Source: Lama glama (lineage: Eukaryota). Taken from it: 64,000 nt of DNA. The notes under the pieces are model-generated. The model was not told where the DNA came from. It made no database searches and saw nothing but the letters and a program-made list of their open reading frames with translations. The stretch lies in contig CM052824.1 of NCBI GenBank assembly GCA_028534125.1, positions 57,412,001 to 57,476,000 of the forward strand, given 5' to 3'. Below, piece by piece: positions 53,628 to 64,000 of the stretch. Position 1 is the stretch's first letter, and every line of letters starts with the position of its first letter. The position numbers were made by a program, and so were the translations under genes.

Positions 53628-54600
53628 CAATAATCATTCTCGCAAAGTTACTGCTGCCATTTAAACCTCATGATATTTCATTAATAACAAATCAAAATAA
53701 CAAAATACTACTTCACCTTGCAAAAACTTACAAAGTTGGCAATACTGAGAGCTAGTGCTGGGAAAACAGGAATTTTCCTTGCTGCTGGTGGCCCACATCT
53801 TAGTACTTTGGAAAGTCATTTGACAACATCTAGTAACATCGACCACGCAACCAGCTATTCCTTCAGGCACAGAGCCTAGAGAAACTTCCCCATCTTTGAG
53901 CAAGGAAACCCGTACGAGAATATTACAGTATTATAATGCTGTGAAACAAGGCAACAGAAGAACGGGTAGACAGGGCATATTCCTATAGTGCAACACAAAG
54001 CAGCAGTTTTAAATAAACTGGATCTTTATCTTTACTACAATATGTGCACTTTATTTATTTACTTAAATATTTTGATTGATCGATTGTCTCTGCACCTCAG
54101 TTTCTTCAACAGCAAAATGAGAATGGCAACAACTCAGTGGGTTGTTGTAACACATAAAAAGGTTTACATAAGTGCTGAGAATGACACCTAGCCCTCAGTA
54201 AATGCTATGTAGGTATTCATGATGGTTATATAGACACATACAGATTTATAATACAGATATGCAGAATGAAAACTACAATCTAATGTTACTTTAGAGACAT
54301 GCATGGGCTGGATATACATCCATGTGAGGGGAGCAGTTATCTCTGGGGCCAGAAAGGGCATAGATTTGGGAAATTTACAAAGGCGGCTTTGCCATGTTTT
54401 ATTCTTTTAAAGCATTTGTTCTCCAAGAAACAGATCTGAAAGAAATATGGCAAAACATTCACAAGTATTAAATGTGGACAGCGGATAAACAGGTAATTAT
54501 TATTATATCGTGCCTGTACTGCTGTGTATGCTTGAAATGTTTCATAAAGGATACTGGATACGACTTTATTCAAAATTTAGAAAAATTCAAAAATGTTTCA

Positions 54601-54750
<150 letters not shown>

Positions 54751-55544
54751 TTAACTAAAAAAAAAAAAAAAAATTCAAAACACTTTCACCGCAACCCTGG
54801 AAAAGCCCCAAATTTTAAATTTAGTAACATTTTTAAGCAGAGTAACTACGTGCCTCCTAGGGAAAAGGTTTTGATAAGACAAACATAACTGAACATGAAA
54901 AAAGCATTCTAGGTTAACATGGGTTTACTTAGTAGAATTTCAGTTGCTGTTCTTTTTGAGATGAAAACCCAGTAAAGTTGCCAACACGTTAGTTTCGTTT
55001 AGATTTTTATGTTTTTTAAAATCCAATTTCTAGTAATAAATTGCAAATGAAATTTTCCAAGACACAAGTACGTGGGTCTTGCATTTCACACAATTTGGGG
55101 AGATAAAAGGTCTTCTTTTCTTGAAGAACTATTTCGCAGAGAAGCGACTAAATTTAACTTCATGGGTAAAAAACCCACGAAATACAGTCTTTAGCAAGTA
55201 GCCCCTGAGATTTTTGGAGGGAATTTTTTTTCTAGTTCCAATAACTGCACTAAAAATTCAGGGTGGGGGAGGTTAACAGTGTTAACTATTTGAAGACACT
55301 TTTTTTTTTTTAATGTCGGAGACAGATGGGAATTTCCCCTTACTCAATCCAGCTAGAATCTCTCTTTGCACTTGGCTCTCTCGTTGTAAAGGACGGATGC
55401 TAAGCCAGGGCCTTGAGTTTTGAGCCTATTCTCCTTCCGGAGAGTTTGGTTCTCCGTGCAACATAGATTTTAACAAAACGATGTCGACAAACACAGAGTT
55501 GGTGGCTCCAAACTGGTGGGAAACTATGTACACAAATTCTGGAA

Positions 55545-56310
55545 GCTTCGGCGCTGCAACTACGCTTGGCGGCCGAAAGGCGCCATCCGCTTAAACAGGG
55601 AGGGCGCGCTCCTCAGACGCGGCGAGACGCCGGCCGGGTCCGCGCGGGTTGGGGGACCCCTCTGAGGGCGCTCCCTCCGAGCCTCGCGACTGTCCAGCGC
55701 GCGGCCCCGCGCCCCCTCGCCGCCCGCGGCGCCACCGCCGCGCTCCCCAGGGCCCCGACCTGAACCTCGCCTCTCCTCCCACGGACGCGGCGCCTCGGAT
55801 CGTTCAGCGACACTTCAGCGCCCGGGACGACAGGGCCAGAACCTGACTAAACGGGGACGCTCGCCAGGACGCACGCGCGCCGCCAGGCTCCGTCCTCAGC
55901 GCCGCACTGCGCAGACGCGCGCCGTCTGGCGTCTCATCGCTCCGCACTGCGCAGACGCGCGCTGCTCGGCCCCAGGCGCTCAGCCCCGCACTGCGCAGAC
56001 GCGCGCTGTCAGGACCCTGGCGCTCAGCACCGGACTGCGCAGACGCACGTCGTTCGCATCACGTTACGTCACGTCCGGCCAAACCATCTCGTAGAACCGG
56101 GGGCCGGCCTGCCCTACCGTATCGCGATTGTGCATCTCGAACGATTGTATTTGGAACAGCCAGCACCGGGAGAATCCTGCGGACTCACACATTCTCCTGC
56201 AAGCGCCCCACCCAAGATTTGGTCCGGCCTGCCCGCGGCGCGCTCTGAATTTAACCCGCTCTTTGCCAGAGCCCAGCCGTGCAAGTCTCGTCTGAAGAGC
56301 CCCGGAGGCT
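55545..56310 (-). promoter_or_regulatory. PARK7: PARK7 CpG-island promoter and non-coding exon 1 (about 55920-55843; alternative donor near 55760)
   Basis: CpG-dense and TATA-less, with four NRF1-like sites and CRE/ATF-like TTACGTCA at 56064-56071. Candidate donors CAG|GTTCTG and CAG|GTCGGG. Confidence 0.8.
55895..56050. repeat. 4-copy tandem repeat (40-44 bp unit) with core ACTGCGCAGACGC
   Basis: Cores at 55906, 55946, 55990 and 56034. Confidence 0.9.
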
Positions 56311-56578
56311 TGCTTTAAACACGCATCTTCACAAAATAGAATTGTTCCTTCACGTTTCCTCTGTGCACTCAGGCCTCCTTTTCATTGTTCCTGTTTCCTT
56401 GAGCGCCTTCCTGCGTCGCCTCAGCCTTCGAAGTCTCCCCAGTGACTAATTTAGTTCCCGTGGCCAGTTTCATATATATTAGAGTCTGAAAAGTTTTTTA
56501 AATTTATTTTTAAGTTTCCAATGCTGTTTTTACATCCACAGGCTTAGCGAGATACCCGAACATATAAGCAGACACCTA

Positions 56579-57438
56579 CAGGCAGACCTCCGAGATTCTG
56601 CAGATTTGGTTCCAGACAATTGCATTGAAGTGGCTAGGCAGTGAAAAGAGACACATGAATTTTTGGTTTTCCAGCGCATATAAAAGTTATAATTACACTC
56701 TACTGTAGTCTATTTAGTGTGCAATAGTATTACGTCTAAAAAAGTACATACTTTATTTTTAAAAATACTTTATTCTTAAAAAATGCTAGCCATCACCTGA
56801 GCCTTCAACAAGTCATAAATTTTTTGTTGATGAAAGGGTTTTGCTGGTGGAGCCTGGGATGCTGAAGGTTGGGGTGGCTGCTGCAATTTCTGATGCTCTC
56901 TCTCTTTTTAAATGGAGGCACTGGGGATAGAACCCAGGACCTTGTGCATGGTAAGCACACTCTACCACTGAGCTATTACCACCCCCAACCCCGTGGCAAT
57001 TTACTAAAACAATGAAATTTTCTTCAATCAAGCATGCGATGCTGTTTTAGCATTTTACCTACAGTAGAACTTTAAAAAATTGGAGTCATTCTTCTCAAAC
57101 CCAGCTGCTGCTGCTTTGTCAGCTAAGTTTATGCCATATTCTAAATCTCTGATGTCATTTCAACAATTTCACAGCATCTTCACAAGGATTAGCTTCCACC
57201 TCAAGAAACCACTTACTTTGCTCATCCATAAGTGACTCCTCCTCGTGTCATGATAAAATTTTATCATGAGATGGCAGCAACTGAGTCACATCTTCGGGCT
57301 CCGCTTCTAATTCTGTGAGCAAATGCCGTTGGAAGAATGGCGCCAGTAGATTTGCTTGACGCAGAGTTACCACAAACCTTCAATCGCAAGAAGTGTGAAA
57401 CACAATAAAGTGAAGTACAATAAAACGAGGTGTGTCTA
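56579..57438 (-). mobile_element. Internally deleted Tigger1 DNA transposon
   Basis: TA TSDs at 56577-56578 and 57439-57440. TIRs CAGGCAGACCTC / GAGGTGTGTCTA, with Tigger1 subterminal ...CAATAAAGTGAAGTACAATAAAACGAGG. Confidence 0.8.
56905..56985 (-). mobile_element. Vic-1-like SINE nested in Tigger1
   Basis: Reverse complement reads TAATAGCTCAGTGGTAGAGTGTGCTTACCATGCACAAGGTCCTGGGTTCTATCCCC. Confidence 0.8.
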
Positions 57439-57464
57439 TACTTAGTTAATTCATTTATTGAAAT

Positions 57465-57815
57465 GATTATCTTTCAAAGAGGCACAAAGGAAACCTAAAT
57501 CAAAATGGAGCAGGGAAGCCATGAAGGGAGGGCTCTAACACATACATCACCACAGCTTACAGACCATGGAGGAAGAAAGATTTCTTCCTGACACGGCAAC
57601 AAACAAGCTGCCCACAATTGTGGTCAATTAAAAAAACCACCTAGCCCTCTCCAATTTCCTTCTAAAATCTGATACAAGCTGACCTTCCCTTTGTCTCCTT
57701 GGACTTGCCTGTGGCTCGCTATATAGTTGGCTTGTCCTGAATTGCAACTCCTTTGCTATTCCAAATAAACTCATCTCAGCTAGCTAAAGATCTTGTTATT
57801 TTTTAAGGTCAATAA
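57465..57815 (+). mobile_element. Probable ERV1-type solo LTR
   Basis: CCTAAATCAAAATGGAG start motif and an LTR-like TGAATTGCAACTCC...AATAAAC...TTTTAAGGTCAA end. Confidence 0.45.
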
Positions 57816-58663
57816 TCTCAAATTTTATTTCTAAAATCTTTGATTAGTGATACTTTTAACTAGTTTCAAAAGCCATAATGATAATGGTTGCATTGAACAG
57901 AAGGCTCCTATCCCTGACCCCATCCAGTTCTATTCCCCTCTCCTAAGTAAACACCTTATTAGTTTCTTGGGCAGGCATCCAGTATTTCTTTACATGTGCA
58001 CAAGCAAATACAAATATATACTATTATTTTCCTTCTTTCTCGTAAAAATGTAGCTGACTCTATACCTTGTTCTGTACTTCCCCTCTGGCTGCCATCACCT
58101 TATTAAGAATATCCTGGAGACATTCCATGTCAAAAATAAGTTACTCATTTTTTTTTCTCAGATAGTGTGCCATCATGGGCATGTTCTATAGATGACTTAC
58201 TGGTGCCCTACTGTTAACACTTAGGTTATTTCCAGTCGTTTTCTGCCAACAGCACTGCATTGAATGACTGTATTTATATGCCCCACTTGTGGACGGATAA
58301 CTGGAGGGTAAATTCCCACAAATGGGAAATACATTTGAGCAGCCCCATATAAGTTAGCATTCTCAACAGTAATATATAAGAAAGAGTATATTTCAATGGC
58401 AGTATTTAAAGTTTCAATTTAGATATCAAAAGCACGTTTATTTTCAAGAAATCGCATGTTACTTTTCTTTGCTGGTTTGCAAAGCACTTTCATATAATTC
58501 AGTGATAGAATAGTGGTGAGAGTGGTTTTATTGAATTTTTAAAATGGTAAATAGATTAATGTAACATGTAACATTAATGCAACACTCTGCACTCATGCAA
58601 AAAAAATGTAAATATCTTCAATCGCCACGCATTTTAAGAAGGAAACCTTTTGGGGAGCTCTGG

Positions 58664-59215
58664 TGCTGCAGCAAAGTGTATTACAGCTCAGTGTTACAGC
58701 CCAGTTGTGACAGCAACCTGGATCCAGGTGAGAGACCAAGCAGCACTCGGAGGGTTGGAGAACTCAGGTTGATTATGCCAGCGAGCCCAAAGGAGTTAAC
58801 ATTCCAAGCTCTGGACCCCAGCTGTAGGTTTACACCAACTTTTATAGGCTGCCAGTTTACACTTTGCAACATCATATGCAAATGAGGTATAACGCAAGTT
58901 GACTAATTAGGAACAAGCTTTGTAGAAATGGAGCAATCAGGAGGGAGAGAAATAACCAATCGGGAGTGAGCTCCATGCAAATGAAGTACTACAAATGGAC
59001 CAATCAGAAGTTAGGAAATGAGCCAATCAGGAGTAAAGGAAATAACCAATCAGGGGTGAGCTCAGGGAACCAATAAAATTTTAGGGGTAAGTAAGCCGTT
59101 TCAGAGGCAAAAAGTGAGATAGAGCCTCTGGGCCAGGAAACCGGATGGTGCTGGCAGGAAAGTAATGGCCCTGCCTGGGGGTCCTGCTGATCTTTTTATG
59201 GGGCTTCCCACCTCA
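58664..59215 (-). repeat. Proviral 3' LTR (about 550 bp)
   Basis: Reads TGAGGTGGG...GCAGCA on the - strand. The U5 end aligns with 63891-64000. TATAAAA at 58846-58840. Confidence 0.85.
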
Positions 59216-59229
59216 ATACAAAAAAGGTT

Positions 59230-60022
59230 CCTGGGCTTGGTGTGCACCAGGGTTTGACAGGCATACAATCATAAACAGTTGTGCAGTTATGGGTTTGGGC
59301 ACCCTGGGCAATGGCTAGATTTCCCATAGAATGTTTTGTCCCCAGGTTGTAGATACAGTCAGGAGCTCTATGGGCCAAATGTACATTAACTGACTTGGAG
59401 CTTACATCTGTGGAGTCCGGGGACCACCCAGGGAGGCCATTAAACTTGGTTAGATCTGAGAGACCTATCGGGCTGTCTACCTGCTGGAGGGGGCTGGGAC
59501 ACAGGCAAAGCCAGCAATCACTTGCTAGTTGTGGGTTAGTAGCATTAAGAAGGTGATGGACCTTGCTTAATAAGGGATTGGGGGTCCCAGTTATAAGGCA
59601 TGGGCATGGGTCTAGGTCTATTTTTCCCCCCAGTCCTTACCAGGTCTATAGAAGAGCCCTGAGCATGCGGGCTGGGGGTGGGGTGGGGGTGGGGTTCCTG
59701 GGAAGACAGTCCTTGTCAAATGCAAATCAGTGAATGGGTCCCATTGGAACCCCCATCACTGAGAGAGATATGTCAGCAATTACTTTTACAAGCAGCAGAA
59801 GGGTTTGGGATTTCATTTTTTGTTAACAGGGCGTTATGGTTACTACAGCAGACGCTGACTGACCATTAGGTTTCCCATTGTAGAGGGATAGAGTACAGCT
59901 AGTATTAGTTCCTGGCCTATGTTCCAGTCTTGGGGGGCAGTGGCTGTCAGTCCTACAGCTAGCAATACAGCAACAATACTGATTAATAAAAAAAAAAAGT
60001 AGGGATGGTACAGAAAGTTCAT
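59230..60022 (-). pseudogene. env: env remnant (part of SU with the CWLC motif; TM absent)
   Basis: LLNATNPQLASDCWLCLCP, with CWLC at 59516-59505. Contains stops and frameshifts. Confidence 0.75.
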
Positions 60023-60044
60023 TTATGTCCTGATCGGTGGTTCC

Positions 60045-61465
60045 TCAGGCTTCCGCCATGCGTTGACTAGCCAGCTTCCGAGTGTGGCTAGAGCAAGGCT
60101 TGGTGCTCTCTGGCAGGTGAGGTGGGCGTTTCTGGATCCTGATTTTTAGTGGTTCCTCGAGGTCCTGGTTGATTCTCCAGACGTCGTCATCTCGCGGTGG
60201 CGCTTCTCCCTTTACTCTGGTGTGATGAATCCACGGGGTGACACTTGCAACTTTAAGAGCTGTTGGGATGGTTAATATAACTGTAGGGGCCCCTCCAAGT
60301 GGGTTCAAGGGGCTCCTTTTCCCAATTCTTTACCTAGACTTGATCTTGAGGCTCGTATGGGTGTAACACTATTCCCAATGAGACCAAGATCCTGCCAGTT
60401 ACCCACCTACGGACTTTTTGCATAGTCTTTTCGAGGTCCTGTACTTGCTTGTAAAGTCCTAAGCTTCCCACTTTTAAAAATATTTTTCCAGTCTAATTAA
60501 AGGAGGGGGTCTCCCATACAGGATTTCAAAAGGGGAGAATCCTATCTTGGACCGAGGGGCACAGTGTACTTGCCGAAGAGCCAGGGGTAAAATGTCAGTC
60601 CAAAGTAGTTGAGTTTGTTGACTGAGCTTTGCCATAACCTGCTTTAGGCTTTGGTTTATGCGCTCTGCTTTCCCTGAGCTCTGGGGCCTGTCGGCCGCAT
60701 GTAAATTCTAGTGGATGTTTAGTGCTTTTGCCACTTATTGTATTATTTCTGCCACAAATGCAGGTCCGTTTTCTGATCCTATGGCTAATGGCATCCCGGA
60801 TCTGGGAATAATGTCTCTGAGTAAGGCCTCTGTTACTTCTCTTGCCTTCTCAGTCCGTGTTGGATATGCTTCCACCCATGCTGAAAAGGTGCAGATAAAA
60901 AACAGTAAGTACTTGTGTCCTCTGCTAGGCCCTATTTCTGTGAAGTCTACTTCCATATCTTCAAAAGGAGCCTGGCCACAGCGCTGAATTCCCTTTGGTC
61001 CAGTTGGCCCTTGTTTTGCATTGTTCTGGGCACATAGAAGGCAGCACTGTGAGACTGAGGCACAGAGGGATGGAAGTCCAGCGATCAGAAAGTATCAATC
61101 CAGCAGGGTCTGTAAGGCAGTTTTTCCCAAGTGAGTGAGCTCCTGCCGCTGAAGGACCACGTGATGGGCTAATTGTTCAGGTATGTATATCCGTTTGTCA
61201 GGCATCACCCATCATCCTTCCTTTTCTTTGGTCCCCCTTCAGTTTTGGCCCATAAGTTTTCCTCTCGGCTGTATTCTGGAGGTGTTGGCAGTTCGGGTGC
61301 TAGCAGAACTTTTGCAATGGTCCCAGGATCTCTGGCGTGGCCCAACTGACTTGCTGCCTTTTGCGCAGCCTGATCTGCCAGTCGGTTTCCTTTGCTTACA
61401 GGGTCATCTCCCTTCTGGTGTACCTTGCAGTGGATGATTGACATCTCTGTGGGCTCCCAAATTGC
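60045..61465 (-). pseudogene. pol: pol remnant: RNase H C-terminus and integrase, disrupted
   Basis: IIHCKVHQKG...GNRLADQAA (RNase H); EVDFTE...FSAWVEAYPT...GSENGPAF (integrase core, with the second catalytic D changed to E); WIHHTRVK (integrase C-terminus). Confidence 0.9.
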
Positions 61466-62651
61466 CTCTCATAGAAGTCCATGGGGAATTTATCTGGCTT
61501 TTGGATCATGGTGGTCTTAGACATGTTGGTTGGTTTCTTTGCCCTGGCTTGTAACCCATGTAGGAGGGCTCTCCGATGTGTCTGCAGAGCCTCCCGTTCA
61601 GCTTGTGAGATAGAGTTCCATTCTGGTCTTGCGTCTGGGGCTGCATTCTGGGCCCACTCCTCCGCATCCACGGTTCCCTCTAGGGCCTGCTCTTACAGCC
61701 ATTTTCTAGTTTCTGTTATGATCTGCTTTCTTTCTTCAGCATTGAAGAGTGGCAGGAGCAGCTGTTGAATGTTGTCGCAGGTCGGCTGGTGGGTCTGGAA
61801 GATGGACTCTAGGAGGTCAATCATGGCCTGGGGTTTTTCTGAATATGGTGGAGTGTGGTGTCACCAGTTCAGGAGGTCCACTGTACTGAGAGGCTGGTAG
61901 TACAGGATGGAGTGGCCAGGCTGTACGAAGCCATCATCGTTAACTTGTTGGGGCCTTTGGGTCTTCCGGAGAGGCATCCGGAGGGTGGCCGCTGGCTGGG
62001 TGGCCTGCAGGGCTGAATGGAGTTTCCTCCCCATGGGCTCCTGGCTATTAACATCTTGGGGTTCTTGGGTCTCCCAGAGAGGCATCCGGAGGGTGGCTGC
62101 TGGCTGGGTGGCCTGCAGGGCTGAATGGAATTTCCTCCCCTTGGGCTCCCGGCCCAGAGCCCAGGGCCACCGTGGCGGTAGAGGCGGCAGTGGACAGTCC
62201 AGTAGAGGCAGCTGTGGTGGAGTTACAGAAGCAGGAGGAACACATGGCAGGGGAACCATGGGCAGTTCTTCAGGGTTCCCCCGAAGGACTGGCCTTGTTG
62301 CATCTTTTCTACCTTCAGTGTTGGGACCATGAGGATCTTATATTGTCCCTGACCATTTGTGTAGACCTGGACCCATGGAGGCAAGTTTTGGGCGATCGTT
62401 AGCCAAGAGTCAATATATGGGAATTGGTCGCGGTGCCCTTGGGTTGTGGTGATTATCCAGTGTATGGCCCTGACAGCTGACAGGTTGAGTGTGCCTTCTG
62501 GGGGCCATCCCACTCCAAAGGTGGGCCACTCTAACTCACACAATGTGCACAATTTTTCTGGCAACTTAATCCCATAGTTTCCTGAGAAACACTTTTTGAG
62601 ATGTTTAATCATGCAGTCCAGAACTGTCAGCTTTGATTGTGATGCTCCCAT
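61465..62651 (-). pseudogene. gag: gag remnant (MA, p12-like region, most of CA), frameshifted
   Basis: MGASQSK myristoylation start, WPTFGVGWPPEGT and DQFPYIDSW (MA), YYQPLSTVDLLNW and DFYER (CA). Confidence 0.9.
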
Positions 62652-63868
62652 TATTATTAGTTGACAGATTTTATGGCCTATAGGTGTGGGTCTGCTTCTG
62701 GCACCGCAGACTGTGACCCCAGTGTCTGTGGTTCTCCACTCCTCAAAACAGTGGTGTTCTCAAAAACCCTGCTGCCTCATGGGCCTAATATCTATCTGTT
62801 TAGCTGCAAGGGCTTCCAGTGAGTTATGGTTTTATGTCAGGCAGGTGTCCCTGATGCTCCTCCAGGCCTGGACAAGCTCTAGGGGTCCCTGCATAGAGTC
62901 TTTTTATAGCCTGAACTGACAAAATATGAGGCCGGGATGGCCGGCCAGTGGCAGAATAAATGGACCAAAACGGGACCTCAGAAGAGGGTTCCAGCCAGTC
63001 CTGGGGTGGCTCCCTCTGGCTCAGGTCTTGCAGTTTTAATTTTAGACAGAGGGGTAGCATTGAGGCTGGTTTATTAATCACAACAGGATATTCTGGGGGA
63101 CTGATGACAAGGTCGCGTCTGAAACTTTTTAAAGTAGTCTCATTTTAGTCCCCAAGGGCACGGGGGTCTTTTACTTATAGTCTGTTCTATGTTCCTTTTC
63201 CTCCCTGTATAGCTACCCTGTGCCGGTGTCACAAACGAGACAAAGGGAGGGTTTTCACTGCGTCCACCTGGCCATTCCCTCACTGGGACGAAGGTGCCTC
63301 TTAGCTTTAGGAGGTGAGTATAAGCCGCTGACTCCGATCAATACCCCTAAGGGCTGACACCGCCATGAGCTGTATTAGGTCACCATGGAACCACAGGTTG
63401 GGACTCACTCGACCTCCATAGCAGAATGCCACAGAGCTACAAACTCAAACCTGATCGCATGCTTTTCCGGACACACACACACAGATTATTTGCACATTCT
63501 CCTTCATATCACTGGGGCATCCCTAATCCAACCTAATCTAACTTGATCTCCCCATCTGGAATACTGTCAGGCGGGGAGCCTGGAGGTGATCAGTCTCCTC
63601 TTCTGTCCACTTGGACAGACTCTGAATACCCTAACAAAAATATGGACGCTTCCCGGGGTTCCTACCTTGTTTGGCCGTGTTGCTTGGTGAATTGATCCAT
63701 CCCTCCACTGAGTCCGGTTGGGGCACAGCCGCCCAGAGGACTGAATCAGCCACGAAGGAGAACTCGGAATACCGTCAAGTGGTGCGCCTCCTCATTTGCT
63801 TTTGGAGTTCCCGACCTCCAGGCGGTTGCTCCACAGACCCGCTGGCTCAAGGGGCCGGTGTGGTTGGA

Positions 63869-63886
63869 TTCTCACTAGGGCCTCCA
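63869..63886 (-). other. Primer-binding site, tRNA-Thr type
   Basis: TGGAGGCCCTAGTGAGAA lies 4 nt from the 5' LTR end. It resembles the complement of the tRNA-Thr 3' end as I recall it (TGGAGGCCCCAGCGAGA). Confidence 0.7.
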
Positions 63887-63890
63887 TAAA

Positions 63891-64000
63891 TGTTGCAGCA
63901 AAGCGTGTTACAGCTCAGTTGTGACAGCAACCTGGATCCAGGTGAGAGATCAAGCAGCACTCAGAGGGTTGGAGAGCTCAGGTTTATTACACCAGCAGCC
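63891..64000 (-). repeat. Proviral 5' LTR (R/U5 part, truncated)
   Basis: Aligns with 58664-58786. Intact AATAAA at 63988-63983. Confidence 0.9.

Larger units (their letters stand above)
58664..64000 (-). mobile_element. Defective class I (gammaretrovirus-like) endogenous provirus; 5' LTR truncated by the window edge
   Basis: Paired LTRs (58664-59215 and 63891 onward), PBS, and remnants of gag MA/CA, RNase H C-terminus, integrase and env SU. Confidence 0.93.

Noticed and set aside
55895-56050. Regularly spaced repeats resembling a CRISPR array
   Set aside because: This is a mammalian promoter. The spacers are themselves similar to each other and there are no cas genes, so it is a tandem repeat.
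59230-60022. Co-opted syncytin-like env
   Set aside because: The env is fragmented by stops and lacks the furin site, fusion peptide and TM region.

Overview
Mammalian genomic DNA, most likely a camelid (camel/alpaca/llama), judged from six copies of a tRNA-Ala-derived Vic-1-like SINE. The window holds two complete convergent genes in the order known from human 1p36.23. ERRFI1/MIG6 is on the + strand: CpG-island promoter near 6.5 kb, CDS join 16102-16223, 16334-16410, 17178-18352, 457 aa. PARK7/DJ-1 is on the - strand: CDS join 54726-54637, 53342-53241, 51383-51324, 50286-50217, 46858-46772, 40860-40700, 189 aa. The region between them is rich in repeats (old and young L1, MLT1, MER58, L2, SINEs). 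Upstream of PARK7 lie an internally deleted Tigger1, a probable solo LTR and a defective class I (gamma-like) provirus on the - strand with a tRNA-Thr PBS (58664 to the window end). There are two 500-N assembly gaps. The most notable observations are: (1) the proviral 3' LTR keeps a TATA box, five CCAAT boxes and two octamers, points at PARK7 about 3 kb away, and has lost its own polyA signal; (2) a 4-copy 40-44 bp tandem repeat of an NRF1-like site lies over the PARK7 start region; (3) a spliced uORF with two AUGs sits in the ERRFI1 5'UTR; (4) the provirus has a gag-to-RNase H deletion, an in-frame 108-bp gag duplication and two small unexplained ORFs. I found no evidence for a wholly new multi-gene system. 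Repeat family names and human comparisons come from recall, not from database searches.
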